The notes under the pieces are model-generated. The model worked only from the letters and a program-made list of their open reading frames with translations, was not told the DNA's origin and searched no databases. From Candidatus Daviesbacteria bacterium (GTDB taxonomy: Bacteria > Patescibacteriota > Microgenomatia > Daviesbacterales > UBA10151): a stretch of DNA of 64,000 nt. Position numbers and translations under genes: made by a program. Shown piece after piece: positions 20,150 through 31,104 of this stretch (within the stretch, counting starts at the first letter, position 1; each line of letters starts with the position of its first letter). The stretch covers positions 474,763 through 538,762 of the forward strand of contig JACPDA010000004.1 of NCBI GenBank assembly GCA_016184225.1. The letters run 5' to 3'.

Positions 20150-21626
20150 ACAATTTCTAAAATTTAGAATTTATTTATTCCTATTTTTTTTAGTAAGTCT
20201 GGGCATTTTTTTACGGTTTCATAATCTGCCTAATCTTTACATTTTTGGTTTTGACGAAGAATACCAGGCAACTTATGCCATGACGCTGGTAAAAGATATA
20301 CATCCTATTTGGATTGGGGTAAGCGCCTCTTTTTTGGATTATTATCTGGGTCCTTATTTTACTTATTTTACTTCCTTTTGGCTTTGGATTTCCTCGGGAG
20401 ACCCGTTAATTACATCTTATGTGGCCGGAATAACCGGGGTGGCAACAGGAGTAGCAGTATTTTTTGTCGGATGGAAGTTTTTTAATTTGACTACAGGGAT
20501 TATCAGTTCTTTGCTTTACATGGGTTTGCCGCTGATTGTTTTCTATGACCAGAAATATTGGAATCCGATGTTTGTGCAATTGATAGTGTTGGCAATGTTT
20601 GCTTCCCTTATTTTAATTAAAAAATCGCCGTGGTGGTGGCTTTTGTTTACCGGCGCTGTCGGAGCAATCTTTGAAACTGATCTGGCGCCGCTTCCGTTAG
20701 TAATTATTGGTATCTGGCTTTTTCTTAAAGGTAAATATTTTTTAAATAAGAAGCTGGTTTTAAGCTGTATAGTGGTATTTTTATTATTCTATTGGCCGCT
20801 TTTAGTCTTTGATTTTAACCATAACTGGAGCAATCTGACTGTGCTTGGCCGATACAACCGGCAGGTAAAAGCATCCGGAGCGAGATTTGATCCGATGAGT
20901 AAGACAAGCTCGGTTTTGGATACCATGGGCAGGTTTTGGTATTTGGAGCCCGGTAAGTCTAATGCCCAGGAGCTGAATATTTTTTGTAACTTACAAAGAA
21001 CATATCCTTCGTCCTGGCTGACGGGTTTGTCTGTAGTATTGCTTATATATTTCTTATACATAAGCTTCAAGAGCAGAAAAAAAGAGCTTCATTTGTTGAC
21101 ATCTTTTATATTGGTATCGCTGCTTTTTTATATTCTTTATACCGGGGGGTCATTTGAGTATTACCTTCATGGTTTTATAACTTTGTTTACTTTTGTTCCG
21201 GCAATTTTAATCAGTCAAGTGAAAGGAAGAAGCAGAGGTTTGTTTTTTCTGTTTATTGCTGTGATATTAATTCTGGGACTTAGGACTATAATAAATTCAT
21301 CGGATAGATACAGCTTAGGATCAAAAAAGGTACTAATCGGGAAGGTGATGGGAATAGTTAAAGATGAAAGTTTTGCCATAGATAAAATGGGGACTTGTCA
21401 TATTTATGACGGATGGAGGTATTTATTTAAAGTTTACGGCAGGACACCGGCCAGGAGCTTTACTGATCAAAATTTTGCCTGGTTGTATCCGGAAGAAGTT
21501 GATAATGAGCCGGTAACATATAATGTAATTGTGTCTGAGTATGGAGTACAAGCAGATCGGGATTTAACAGGATATGAGAGAATTGATGAAGGGGGTTTTT
21601 CGGCTTACGTAAAAAAAATAAAATAA
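20142..21626 (+). CDS. PMT/ArnT-like GT-C glycosyltransferase
   Basis: Multi-TM; N-terminal FGFDEEYQATYAMTL..., a periplasmic loop and a soluble C-terminal domain fit the GT39/GT83 architecture. Confidence 0.6.
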   Translation: MVKQFLKFRIYLFLFFLVSLGIFLRFHNLPNLYIFGFDEEYQATYAMTLVKDIHPIWIGVSASFLDYYLGPYFTYFTSFWLWISSGDPLITSYVAGITGVATGVAVFFVGWKFFNLTTGIISSLLYMGLPLIVFYDQKYWNPMFVQLIVLAMFASLILIKKSPWWWLLFTGAVGAIFETDLAPLPLVIIGIWLFLKGKYFLNKKLVLSCIVVFLLFYWPLLVFDFNHNWSNLTVLGRYNRQVKASGARFDPMSKTSSVLDTMGRFWYLEPGKSNAQELNIFCNLQRTYPSSWLTGLSVVLLIYFLYISFKSRKKELHLLTSFILVSLLFYILYTGGSFEYYLHGFITLFTFVPAILISQVKGRSRGLFFLFIAVILILGLRTIINSSDRYSLGSKKVLIGKVMGIVKDESFAIDKMGTCHIYDGWRYLFKVYGRTPARSFTDQNFAWLYPEEVDNEPVTYNVIVSEYGVQADRDLTGYERIDEGGFSAYVKKIK

Positions 21627-21676
21627 GGACCTGCTTCGCTCGCAGAACCTTGCCTTTTTGAAAGGAGTTCAAAAAC

Positions 21677-22819
21677 GTGAAGATTTGGATTGATGGATAT
21701 GAGGCAAATGTATTGCAAAGACTGGGTTCTTCCCAAGTGGCTTTTGAGCTGATTCGTAATCTGGAGAAGATTGATCAAAAAAATGATTACACAATTGTCT
21801 TACCGGCTCCCCCGCTGGAGGACTTGCCCAGGGAAAGAAAGAGATGGAAATATAAAGTTCTAAGGCCTAAGAGATTTTGGACCAGGATTGCGTTGCCGTT
21901 AGCGCTCTATGGCGCTAAGGAAAAGCCGGATATATTCTTTTCGCCGACGCATTATATTCCAAGATTCAGACCTGCAAAGGTAGAAAGGGTGGTGACAATA
22001 TTTGATTTGTCTTTCCTGCATTTTCCTGAGATGTTTATCCAAAAAGACCTTTGGCAGCTTAAAGGCTGGACTAAATTCTCCGTAGAAAATGCCGAACACA
22101 TAGTTACGATTTCTGAATTCTCTAAAGGGGATATTGTTAAGCAGTATGGACTTAATAAGGATAAAATCACAGTAGCTTACCCGGGATATGATAACGATAA
22201 GTTTAAAGTACAAAGTGCAAAGTTAGAAGTTGAAGTAATTAAGAAACGCTACAAAATAGGGGATAACTACATTATATATATAGGGACTATACAGCCGAGG
22301 AAAAACCTCATTAGGCTAATGGAGGCATTTGCCAGGGTAGTGCAGGATGTAAACGGACTGGAGCTTGTAGTGGTGGGTAAAACAAAAGGGGAGGGAAAAC
22401 AAGGTTGGATGTATAAGGATATTTTACAAACTCCTACAGATTTAGGGATTGAAGATAAAGTTAAGTTCTTAGGCTTTGTACCGACAGAAGATTTATCTAG
22501 CCTTTTGTCGGGAGCAGTAGCTTTTATCCAGCCATCTTTGTGGGAAGGGTTTGGGATACCGGTGGTGGAAGCAATGGCTTGCGGTGTGCCGGTAATTGTT
22601 TCCAATGTTTCGTCCTTGCCAGAAGTTGTGGGAAAAGCCGGACTGTTGGTAGATCCGTATTCGGTGGATCAAATAGAGCAGGCAATAAGGACTATTGTTT
22701 CTGATAAAAAACTGCAGCAGAAATATTCTAAAGAAGGGACTATTCAAGCCAGAAAATTTTCTTGGGACAAAATGGCAAGAGAAGTTTTAGAAGTATTTGA
22801 GAAGATAAAAAAGAGTTAG
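21677..22819 (+). CDS. glycosyltransferase family 4
   Basis: GTG start 10 nt after AAAGGAG. Carries ...[41 protein letters not shown]... Confidence 0.8.
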   Translation: MKIWIDGYEANVLQRLGSSQVAFELIRNLEKIDQKNDYTIVLPAPPLEDLPRERKRWKYKVLRPKRFWTRIALPLALYGAKEKPDIFFSPTHYIPRFRPAKVERVVTIFDLSFLHFPEMFIQKDLWQLKGWTKFSVENAEHIVTISEFSKGDIVKQYGLNKDKITVAYPGYDNDKFKVQSAKLEVEVIKKRYKIGDNYIIYIGTIQPRKNLIRLMEAFARVVQDVNGLELVVVGKTKGEGKQGWMYKDILQTPTDLGIEDKVKFLGFVPTEDLSSLLSGAVAFIQPSLWEGFGIPVVEAMACGVPVIVSNVSSLPEVVGKAGLLVDPYSVDQIEQAIRTIVSDKKLQQKYSKEGTIQARKFSWDKMAREVLEVFEKIKKS

Positions 22820-23037
22820 ACTGCATTATTTTTAGAGACTTGACACATGGAAGTTGTACCAGGATTAAGAACGGTACCATTTTTACGCTATTGCGAAATT
22901 TTGGTACCATCCATTTTTTTAAATTACCGCGATAAGTTGCTTCTACCAAGTTTTCCCCATATAATCGCTCGTGACTACATCGCTTCGCTTCTTGTAAGCA
23001 AAGCTTGCGATAACTTTGTTATCTAAACGCGTTGCGT

Positions 23038-23043
23038 TATAAT
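23038..23043 (+). promoter_or_regulatory. perfect TATAAT -10 box 8 nt upstream of the acetyltransferase ATG
   Basis: TATAAT-tactttat-ATG. A GATAAC-TTT-GTTATC palindrome lies at 23009-23023. Confidence 0.4.
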
Positions 23044-23051
23044 TACTTTAT

Positions 23052-23654
23052 ATGTTTTTCTTTAGGGATCGGATGGGGAAGCCCTTAACCACTACTGAAG
23101 CTTCTAAGAAAGCTGTAAATAGGATATTTAATTGGGTGTTGGATTTGGAACTGTTGCTGGTGACTTGGGCAGGGTTAGTACCATGTCATTTATTCCGTCT
23201 TTTTTTCTATACCTTAGCTGGGGTAAAGATAGGCAAAGGTTCCAGGATTCATGTCGGGGCCAGATTCTTCTATCCGGCTAACATAAAAATTGGGGAGGGG
23301 ACAATTATTGGCGACAATATATTTTTGGACGGGAGGGATAAATTAGTAATTGGCAACCATGTTGATATTGCCTCTGGCGTGATGATTTACAACTCCGAAC
23401 ATGATGTAAATTCCGAAGATTTCCATGCTGTCAGTGCTCCTGTTGAAATAGGGGACTTCGTATTTATCGGTCCAAGGGCAATAATTTTACCCGGTGTCAG
23501 AATAGGCAGGGGAGCAGTGGTGGCAGCCGGAGCAGTTGTGACCAAAGATGTAGAGGATTTTGCAATTGTAGGCGGAGTGCCAGCTGAGGTAATAGGGGAG
23601 AGAAAGGCTAGAGATTTGCACTATAGATTAGGTCGAGCGAGATTATTCCAATGA
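23052..23654 (+). CDS. hexapeptide-repeat (LbH) sugar O-acetyltransferase
   Basis: Repeated [LIV]G-x-x-x-x imperfect hexapeptides: IGEGTIIGDNIFL...IGNHVDIASGVMI...IGPRAIILPGVRIGRGAVVAAGAVV. Confidence 0.8.
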   Translation: MFFFRDRMGKPLTTTEASKKAVNRIFNWVLDLELLLVTWAGLVPCHLFRLFFYTLAGVKIGKGSRIHVGARFFYPANIKIGEGTIIGDNIFLDGRDKLVIGNHVDIASGVMIYNSEHDVNSEDFHAVSAPVEIGDFVFIGPRAIILPGVRIGRGAVVAAGAVVTKDVEDFAIVGGVPAEVIGERKARDLHYRLGRARLFQ

Positions 23655-24196
23655 TAAAGAAAGCTTTCATTATATTTTCCGCTCTTTTGTTAATTTATAT
23701 GGTTTGGCCGGGGCCAAGTAAAATTTCTGATTTTGCTCCCCTCCCCTCTTCTGATAAGTCTACCCTGGAGGGGGATACAATTCAGGTTCCTAATGTAGCA
23801 GCATATTTTTCTGACAATTACAGGAAATATGTAGTTGATTATTATACAATTAATTTTCGGGAAAAATCCCTTTTTCCTTTTCCCCCGCTCCGCTTAAATC
23901 ATCCTCCGGAATACTCCTGGCTTGCCATTAAAAGACATACTGACTCAACATATTTAGGAGAGTTACTTTATCCTTTACGGGATTCTTTATATGTTAACGG
24001 TTTGGAACCCTTTTACGAAGACGGCAGCCCAAAGTTTTGGGGATCTGTCAAGTTGAATGAAGGGGAGAACCTTTGGTATACAAAAACCACACTCCGTTAC
24101 TATCCTTCAACTAAAACGGCAAGGATCATTGTTTGGATTGGAATTATATCTTCACTTTATTTATTGTTCAAATTAGGAAGGAGAGTATTAATATAA
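23651..24196 (+). CDS. hypothetical membrane-anchored protein
   Basis: 181 aa with N- and C-terminal hydrophobic helices. ATGA overlap with the acetyltransferase. Confidence 0.45.
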   Translation: MIKKAFIIFSALLLIYMVWPGPSKISDFAPLPSSDKSTLEGDTIQVPNVAAYFSDNYRKYVVDYYTINFREKSLFPFPPLRLNHPPEYSWLAIKRHTDSTYLGELLYPLRDSLYVNGLEPFYEDGSPKFWGSVKLNEGENLWYTKTTLRYYPSTKTARIIVWIGIISSLYLLFKLGRRVLI

Positions 24197-24200
24197 ACTT

Positions 24201-25622
24201 ATGCTAAGAGTATCAACAATTGTTCAAAAAACCCTTTTTTATCTGACCCTGTTTCTTTTTGCCTTTATTCCTCTATACCCTAAATTTCCCTTATTCAATG
24301 TTCAGGGTACTTTTGTGGCAGTCAGAATAGAGGATCTATTTATCGGTTTAGCTGTTATTCTTTGGGGAGTTTATATTTTTTTATCCGGACAAATCAAAGG
24401 TTTTTTCAAAGATAAACTTAATCTGGCGATATTACTATTCTTTTTTATCGGGGCAGTATCTTTATTTTCTGCAGTTTTCCTGACCCATACTGTTGTTCCT
24501 CATATCGGGTTCCTGCATTTTTTTAGGAGGATTGAATTCATTCTGCTACTGCCTATTGTGGCAAGTATTGTCAGAACCAAGCGACAGTTTATTTTAACCC
24601 TGGTCACTTTAGGACTAACTATTTTAATAGTCAATGGGTATGCCCTGGGTCAGCAGTATTTAGACTGGCCGGTTATTTCTACCACTAATTCCGAGTTTTC
24701 CAAGGGTTTGATTTTACGTTTAACCCCGGGAGCCCGGGTTAATTCTACCTTTGCCGGACATTATGACTTAGCGGTATTTCTGGCCATGGCAATTACCATA
24801 TTAACTGCCATATTTTTTGCGGTTAAGAAAAAGTATAAGATTCCGGTTTTTCTATTGGGAATTATATCCTTGGTAGTTTTAATAATGACAGCAGCTAGGT
24901 TATCCTTTGTGGCGGCCTTTGTAGGAATTATTGCCGCATTGATACTGACTAGAAAAACAAAATACCTGCTACTTATTTTAGCAGTGATAATTTTTATTTT
25001 AGTTTATCCTTCACAACTTCGGGACCGGTTGATGTCTACCGTCACGGTTAATCTTTTACAGCAAGGCCAAAGATATGAGGGGAAAACTGACGATCAAAAG
25101 GTCAGGAGCAAATTGAATATTCCAACATTGGCTGTGCAGACCTCTAGCGAGTCCGCTTTAACATCTCAATTTGCTACTTCCTCAGGTCAAACGGCTACGG
25201 ATATTACCCCCGGTGAACCTGTCGATACAACTCAGCTTGGGGTTTACCGGTCCTTCCAAATCAGGTTGCAGATTGAATGGCCAAGAGCCGCCAGGGCATT
25301 TATTAAAAATCCCTTTTTGGGTACGGGTTATTCTTCGCTGGATATAGCAACCGATAATGATTTTTTAAGGTCTTTAGGTGAATCCGGAATACTAGGGACA
25401 GCGGCATTTGTCCTGATCTTAGTGGAAACAGCAAAAAGAATATTTGCTGCATTTAAAAGTAAAGATAAGCTGATCAGGTATTTTTCTGCCGGAGTTTTGG
25501 CTATGATGGTGGCTTTTGTAGTTAACGGACTTTTTATTGATGTATTTGAAGCCTCAAAAGTAGCATCACTGTTTTGGATGGTATTGGGACTTAGTTTGGC
25601 CGTTTCAAAAATCAAAGAATAA
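24201..25622 (+). CDS. O-antigen ligase / Wzy-like polymerase family membrane protein
   Basis: 473 aa, ~10 TM helices, with a periplasmic loop ...NPFLGTGYSSLDIATDNDFLRSLGESGILG... typical of Wzy_C/O-antigen ligase. Confidence 0.65.
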   Translation: MLRVSTIVQKTLFYLTLFLFAFIPLYPKFPLFNVQGTFVAVRIEDLFIGLAVILWGVYIFLSGQIKGFFKDKLNLAILLFFFIGAVSLFSAVFLTHTVVPHIGFLHFFRRIEFILLLPIVASIVRTKRQFILTLVTLGLTILIVNGYALGQQYLDWPVISTTNSEFSKGLILRLTPGARVNSTFAGHYDLAVFLAMAITILTAIFFAVKKKYKIPVFLLGIISLVVLIMTAARLSFVAAFVGIIAALILTRKTKYLLLILAVIIFILVYPSQLRDRLMSTVTVNLLQQGQRYEGKTDDQKVRSKLNIPTLAVQTSSESALTSQFATSSGQTATDITPGEPVDTTQLGVYRSFQIRLQIEWPRAARAFIKNPFLGTGYSSLDIATDNDFLRSLGESGILGTAAFVLILVETAKRIFAAFKSKDKLIRYFSAGVLAMMVAFVVNGLFIDVFEASKVASLFWMVLGLSLAVSKIKE

Positions 25623-27095
25623 ATGAAAATATTAAAGATATTTACAAATCAATATTTTTGGTTGCTGCTTATAATCTTTTTTGGCTTTTGGGCCAGGCTT
25701 TATAAAATTGACTCCCCCATTGCGGATTGGCATTCCTGGAGACAGGCTGATACTGCAGCGGTTACCAGAAACTTCATAAAGACAGGTTTTAACCCTTTGT
25801 TACCTAAGTATGATGACATGTCAGGTGTTTCGGAAAATCCTGTTATCAATCCGGCTACATTCCGGTTTGTTGAATTTCCAATTTATAATATGGCGGTTTA
25901 CCCTTTGTATGTTTTGTTTGGAGTAAGCGATATATACCATCGTCTAATTTCCGTGATTTTTTCCATAGCATCAATTGTTTTTATTTTCTTTATTGTCAAA
26001 AAGTATACCGGTACTATAACCGCTTTGATTGCTTCCTTTGTCTTTGCCTTTTTGCCGTTTAATGTATTTTTTGGCAGGACAACTTTGCCGGAGCCGACCT
26101 TTATCTTTTTCGCTTTAGGGATGATTTATTTTATGGACAGGTGGATATGGGAATCCGCCAGCTGGCGGAGGGGGATTTGGGGATTTATTTTTACGGCAAT
26201 TGCTTTTTTGATGAAACCATGGGCGATCTTTTTTTATCTGCCGCTATTGTATTCAGTTTTTACAAAGCAAAATACCAGAAAATTTTGGATAAAGTTTATT
26301 ATCTTTACGGTGGCAGCGCTGGCGCCGTTTGTGTTGTGGAGACTTTGGATACTTCAGCAGCCGGAAGGTATACCGGCTTCCAGCTGGTTATTAAACAGTG
26401 ACGGGATACGTTTCCGCCCGGCATTTTGGTGGTGGATTGTTTCCGAAAGGATAGGAGGAGAGATTCTTTCCGCAACAGGAATAGTATTATTTTTTATCGG
26501 GTTTATCAGCAAACCAAAAAACGGAAATTATTTTTTACATATTTGGGCGCTGTCTGCATTTTTATTTATGGCAGTTTTCGCAACCGGCAATGTCAGGCAT
26601 AATTATTACCAAACGCTTTTTGTGCCAATTGCTTCTATCTTTTTTTCATTAGGATTTGTCGCCTTATTTAAAGGAAGTAATTCATTTATACCAAGGTTAG
26701 GAACTATTATAGTGGCTTTGATTTTATTCCCGCTGTCTTTTTATTTTGGGTTTAAGCTAGTAAAGGAGTTTTACAAAGTTAATAATCCGGCGATAGTGGA
26801 AGCCGGTAAACGGGCAGATCAAATACTGCCACGGGATGCTGTAGTTTTGGCGCCCTACAATGGCGACACTGCGTTTTTATATCAGACAAACCGGCCCGGA
26901 TTCGCGGCGGAAATGTTGCCTTTAGAAGAGTTGGTTGCCGACTATGGAGTGGGTTATTATATTTCCACAAACAGGGATGATAAGACCAACTGGGTCTTAA
27001 GGCATTTTCAGATTTTAGAAGATAATCCGAGATTTATTATTGCCAATTTACAAGTGGTTAAAGCTCCCTTAACCTCGGAAGATCCCGAACCATAG
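25623..27095 (+). CDS. PMT/ArnT-like GT-C glycosyltransferase
   Basis: N-terminal ...DSPIADWHSWRQADTAAVTRNF... (the DE/RQ motif after TM1), many TM helices and a C-terminal soluble domain. Confidence 0.65.
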   Translation: MKILKIFTNQYFWLLLIIFFGFWARLYKIDSPIADWHSWRQADTAAVTRNFIKTGFNPLLPKYDDMSGVSENPVINPATFRFVEFPIYNMAVYPLYVLFGVSDIYHRLISVIFSIASIVFIFFIVKKYTGTITALIASFVFAFLPFNVFFGRTTLPEPTFIFFALGMIYFMDRWIWESASWRRGIWGFIFTAIAFLMKPWAIFFYLPLLYSVFTKQNTRKFWIKFIIFTVAALAPFVLWRLWILQQPEGIPASSWLLNSDGIRFRPAFWWWIVSERIGGEILSATGIVLFFIGFISKPKNGNYFLHIWALSAFLFMAVFATGNVRHNYYQTLFVPIASIFFSLGFVALFKGSNSFIPRLGTIIVALILFPLSFYFGFKLVKEFYKVNNPAIVEAGKRADQILPRDAVVLAPYNGDTAFLYQTNRPGFAAEMLPLEELVADYGVGYYISTNRDDKTNWVLRHFQILEDNPRFIIANLQVVKAPLTSEDPEP

Positions 27096-27098
27096 GTT

Positions 27099-28289
27099 AT
27101 GAAAATATTAATGCTAACCCCATATTTACCTTATCCATTACTTACGGGTGGACAGACCCGTTCGTATAATCTGATTAAAAGACTTTCCTCGCTGGGGTAC
27201 GAGATAACGCTTTTTAGTTTAGTCAAGAGCAAGGATGAACGAAAATATGTTGGTGAGTTAGAGAAGTTTTGCAGGGAGGTTAAAGTTTTTAACAGGTCTG
27301 AGAAACCATGGACTGCAGAAAATGTCCTTAGAACCGGGTTTTCTTTTTATCCTTTTTTGGTAATCAGGAATTGGGCTGAGGGGGAGAAAAGCGCTATAGC
27401 AGAGAAGTTAAAGACAGAAAAATTTGATTTAATCCATGCTGAGACTTTTTATGTTATGCCTCACATTCCAAAGACACGGATACCGATACTTCTAGTAGAG
27501 CAAACTATTGAGTATTTAGTTTATAGCCATTATGCACAGAGCCATCGTAATTTAGCTTTGAGACCCTTTTTATTTTTTGATGTACTGAAGATGAAATATT
27601 GGGAGAAAAGGTTTTGGGGGCAGGCCAACAAAGTTGCTGCCATGTCCTTGGAGGATAAGCAAATAATGCTTTCGCAGCTGCCTACTTTAGATGTAGCCAT
27701 TGTCCCCAATGGGGTGGATAGTAAGTTTTTTGGCAAGCCAATTGCCCAACGATCAAAAACGCCAGTAGTTTTGTATTTAGGAAATTTTACCTGGTTGCAA
27801 AATAGGGAAGCGGTCGATGTTTTAATAGAAAAAGTATGGCCTAAAATTAAAGCAATGATTCCTTCAGCAAAGCTTTGGATTATTGGTAAAGATGCCCAGA
27901 AGTTTTTTCCCAATTTATCAACAGATGATATTAGAATTGAGGAGGTTGATGATGTTAGGCCGGTTTATCAACAAGCTTCTGTTTTGGTTGCTCCGATTTA
28001 TGGAGGAGGAGGAACCCGCTATAAAAATTTTGAAGCCTTTGCCTCCGGTCTTCCGGTAATTACTACCTCGATCGGAATAGGCGGCATTGATGCTAAAGAT
28101 GGAGTAGAGGTTATTGTCAGAAATGAACCTGAGGAGATAGCTAAAGCCGCGGTTGAACTCCTTAGAAATTCTAACCTGGCAAAAAAAATTGCTGATCATG
28201 CTAAGATATTGGTTAAGGATAAATTTGATTGGGATCCGATTGCCGGGACCCTAAGCCGCATCTACGAACAACTAGGGAAAACTTCATGA
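27099..28289 (+). CDS. glycosyltransferase family 4
   Basis: MKILMLTPYLPYPLLTGGQTRSYNL... with the GT-B C-terminal domain. Confidence 0.8.
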   Translation: MKILMLTPYLPYPLLTGGQTRSYNLIKRLSSLGYEITLFSLVKSKDERKYVGELEKFCREVKVFNRSEKPWTAENVLRTGFSFYPFLVIRNWAEGEKSAIAEKLKTEKFDLIHAETFYVMPHIPKTRIPILLVEQTIEYLVYSHYAQSHRNLALRPFLFFDVLKMKYWEKRFWGQANKVAAMSLEDKQIMLSQLPTLDVAIVPNGVDSKFFGKPIAQRSKTPVVLYLGNFTWLQNREAVDVLIEKVWPKIKAMIPSAKLWIIGKDAQKFFPNLSTDDIRIEEVDDVRPVYQQASVLVAPIYGGGGTRYKNFEAFASGLPVITTSIGIGGIDAKDGVEVIVRNEPEEIAKAAVELLRNSNLAKKIADHAKILVKDKFDWDPIAGTLSRIYEQLGKTS

Positions 28290-29404
28290 AAATCGCAGTT
28301 GACGCCAGATTTTTTAATGAGTCAGGGGTAGGTAGGTATGTCAGGAATCTGATTAGCAACTTAGCTGCCTTGGATAAAAAAAATCAGTATTATATTTTGC
28401 TGCTAAAAAAAGATTATGATAAATTTAAAGAAACTAAGAATTTTACAAAAGTCCTGGCTGATTTTCGCTGGTATGGATTTGCGGAACAGTTCAAATTACC
28501 TAAATTATTAAAGGAACTTAAATTAGATTTAGTACATTTTCCCCACTTCAATGTACCGATTTTTTATACCGGTAAATTTGTGGTGACCATACATGATTTA
28601 ATTCACCAACATCGTCATACGATTAGAGCAACAAGGTTAGATCCGTTTACTTCTAAAATAAAGCAGATCGGTTATCGAAAAGTTTTCAAGGTAGCAACAA
28701 ATAAATCACAGAAGATTTTAGTTCCTTCCAAATCTGTAAAGCAGCTTTTACTGGATGAATGGGGTATAGATAAAGAGAGAATCGTTGTTACACCAGAGGC
28801 GGTAGATAGTAGTGTATTGGAGATAGCGAATGAGATTAGCAAGGTTGACTGTGAGAAGGTCTTAAGTAAATTTAAGATTAAACAGCCCTATCTTTTTTAT
28901 GTTGGAAACGCCCATCCCCATAAGAATGTTGAGGGTTTAATCGGGGCATTTAAAGAATTAAGGCAAAAATATAAGAGCTTATCTTTAGTGCTATCCGGCT
29001 ATGATCATTATTTCTGGCAAAGAGTAAAAAAGGAAAACCCGTATGAGGGGATTATTTACACAGGATTTGTTACGGATGAGGAGATGGTAGCCTTATACAA
29101 AGAGGCGGAAACATTTGTAATGCCTAGTTTCGAGGAAGGGTTTGGGATACCTGTTTTGGAAGCTATGGCTTGTACTTGTCCGGTAGTTGCATCTTCTGCC
29201 GGTTCTTTACCGGAAGTGGGAGAAGAAGCAGCGCTTTATTTTGATCCGGCAAAGCCAGATGATATGGCAGAAAAGATTTCTTTAGTTTTGGGCAGTGAGA
29301 AATTGAGACAAAAGCTGATAGAAAAAGGATTAAAAAGATATAAGCAGTTTAGCTGGAGAAAATTGGCAGAAAAAACTTTGGAGGTATACCAAAAATGCGG
29401 GTAG
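28286..29404 (+). CDS. glycosyltransferase family 4
   Basis: The internal ATG at 28286 gives an ATGA overlap. Carries ...PSFEEGFGIPVLEAMACTCPVVASSAGSLPEV... Confidence 0.8.
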   Translation: MKIAVDARFFNESGVGRYVRNLISNLAALDKKNQYYILLLKKDYDKFKETKNFTKVLADFRWYGFAEQFKLPKLLKELKLDLVHFPHFNVPIFYTGKFVVTIHDLIHQHRHTIRATRLDPFTSKIKQIGYRKVFKVATNKSQKILVPSKSVKQLLLDEWGIDKERIVVTPEAVDSSVLEIANEISKVDCEKVLSKFKIKQPYLFYVGNAHPHKNVEGLIGAFKELRQKYKSLSLVLSGYDHYFWQRVKKENPYEGIIYTGFVTDEEMVALYKEAETFVMPSFEEGFGIPVLEAMACTCPVVASSAGSLPEVGEEAALYFDPAKPDDMAEKISLVLGSEKLRQKLIEKGLKRYKQFSWRKLAEKTLEVYQKCG

Positions 29405-30468
29405 CACTTGTGCATGATGACTTGGTGCAATGGGGTGGAGCAGAGAGAGTGCTGTTTGGGTTCTCGAAAATATACCCTGATGCGCCGATATATACTTCAT
29501 TATTTGACAGGACCAATTCTTCGCTAATGCGAAATTTTGGTACCAAAAAAATAATTACATCTTTTTTACAGAAAATCCCTGGATGGAAGGGCTTATATAA
29601 GGTATTACTTCCTTTGTATCCTCTGGCTTTTGAGCAGTTTAATTTTGATCAATATGATTTGGTAATTTCTCACACTACCAGATTTGCCAAAAGTATAATA
29701 ACCAAACCTGCCACAGTGCATATTTGTTATTGTCATACGCCACCAAGATTTTTATGGCATTTTTCAGGAGAGCAAAATTATGGTTTAGGGGAGATATTGC
29801 TGACTAAACTAAGACTTTATGATCAAGTATCAGCCCGCCGGGTAGACCACTTTATAGGCGGTTCGAAGAATGCTAAAAGAAGAATTAAAAGAGTATATGG
29901 GGTAGAATCTAAGGTCGTTTATCCGTTTGTTGATTTAGAAAGGTTTACAGGGGTGGAACGTTTTGACGGGGGATATTTTGTAGTTATATCGAGGCCAAGT
30001 AAGTACAAGAGGGTAGATCTGGCAGCGAAAGCTTGTTCGGAGTTAGGTGTGCCTCTGAGAGTAATTGGGGGATTGGGGGATTTTAGGGGAATTCGGGGTA
30101 TTCGGGGAGTAGAATTTTTGGAAAAATTGGACGACCGGATGGTAATAAATATCTTAGCCGGGTGCAAGGCTTTAATTATTCCGGGAGTCGAAGACTTTGG
30201 ACTGACAAGTTTGGAAGCCCAGGCTTTGGGGAAGCCGGTTGTAGCATTTAAGGAAGGCGGTGCGCTGGAAACGGTTATTGAAAGCAAAACCGGTATTTTC
30301 TTTGACAAGCAAACTGTTGATAGTCTGAAAAAGGCTTTGATGGAGCTTGATACTATGCGGATTAACCCGGAAGACTGCAGAAGAAATGCTGAGGCTTTCG
30401 GCAAAGAAAAATTTATTAAAACCTTTCAGCAAACAGTTGCCTCTTTGTTGTACACTAGAAAAGCCTAA
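29395..30468 (+). CDS. glycosyltransferase family 4
   Basis: MRVALVHDDLVQWGGAERV... with a C-terminal GLTSLEAQALGKPVVA. Confidence 0.75.
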   Translation: MRVALVHDDLVQWGGAERVLFGFSKIYPDAPIYTSLFDRTNSSLMRNFGTKKIITSFLQKIPGWKGLYKVLLPLYPLAFEQFNFDQYDLVISHTTRFAKSIITKPATVHICYCHTPPRFLWHFSGEQNYGLGEILLTKLRLYDQVSARRVDHFIGGSKNAKRRIKRVYGVESKVVYPFVDLERFTGVERFDGGYFVVISRPSKYKRVDLAAKACSELGVPLRVIGGLGDFRGIRGIRGVEFLEKLDDRMVINILAGCKALIIPGVEDFGLTSLEAQALGKPVVAFKEGGALETVIESKTGIFFDKQTVDSLKKALMELDTMRINPEDCRRNAEAFGKEKFIKTFQQTVASLLYTRKA

Positions 30469-30474
30469 AAATTT

Positions 30475-31104
30475 ATGCTGTATGATTTTTTGAAGCGATT
30501 AATGGATATATTTGGATCGGTGGTAGGATTGATTTTACTTTCTCCACTTCTTTTGCTAGTGGCATTGGCTATTAAATTAGACTCTCCTGGTCCAGTCATG
30601 GCCGATACCCCGATGAGAGCAGGTAAAGATGGCAAGCTTTTTAGGATTTATAAATTTCGGTCAATGGTACAAAATGCTCATGAGATTTTGGAAAAAAATC
30701 CAAAACTTTTAGAACAATACAAAAAAAATAGTTATAAAATATTCAACGACCCAAGGATAACACAAGTTGGCAGGTTTCTTAGAAAATTTTCAATTGATGA
30801 ATTCCCTCAATTTTTAAATATCTTAAAAGGTGAAATGAGTATGGTTGGACCCCGGGCGTATTACCCTTATGAACTTGAAGAACAACAAAAAAATTACCCC
30901 CAGTCAAGGAAATATGTTAAGGTTATTTTATCCGGTAAACCAGGTTTGACAGGAGTTTGGCAAGTTACAGGAAGGTCGGATATTAATTTTGATAAAAGGG
31001 TGGAGATGGATGCGAAGTACGTTAAGAGAAAGTCTATTATCTATGATCTTTGGATTATGTTTAAAACTATTCCGGCAGTAATTTCAGGAAGAGGGGCAGT
31101 TTAA
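30475..31104 (+). CDS. polyprenyl-phosphate hexose-1-phosphate transferase (small PHPT, WbaP C-terminal-domain type)
   Basis: Single N-terminal TM, then DGKLFRIYKFRSM...DEFPQFLNILKGEMSMVGPR, the Bacterial sugar transferase signature. Confidence 0.8.
   Translation: MLYDFLKRLMDIFGSVVGLILLSPLLLLVALAIKLDSPGPVMADTPMRAGKDGKLFRIYKFRSMVQNAHEILEKNPKLLEQYKKNSYKIFNDPRITQVGRFLRKFSIDEFPQFLNILKGEMSMVGPRAYYPYELEEQQKNYPQSRKYVKVILSGKPGLTGVWQVTGRSDINFDKRVEMDAKYVKRKSIIYDLWIMFKTIPAVISGRGAV

Noticed and set aside
22820-23051. 230-nt gap before the acetyltransferase as a possible ncRNA (GGTACCAT repeats, a GATAAC-TTT-GTTATC palindrome, the 69-aa ORF 22740-22949 on the minus strand)
   Set aside because: I recognised no covarying structure or known RNA motif. 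It is more likely a promoter/operator region that splits the glycan locus into two transcription units. It is mentioned under the leaderless-promoter finding.
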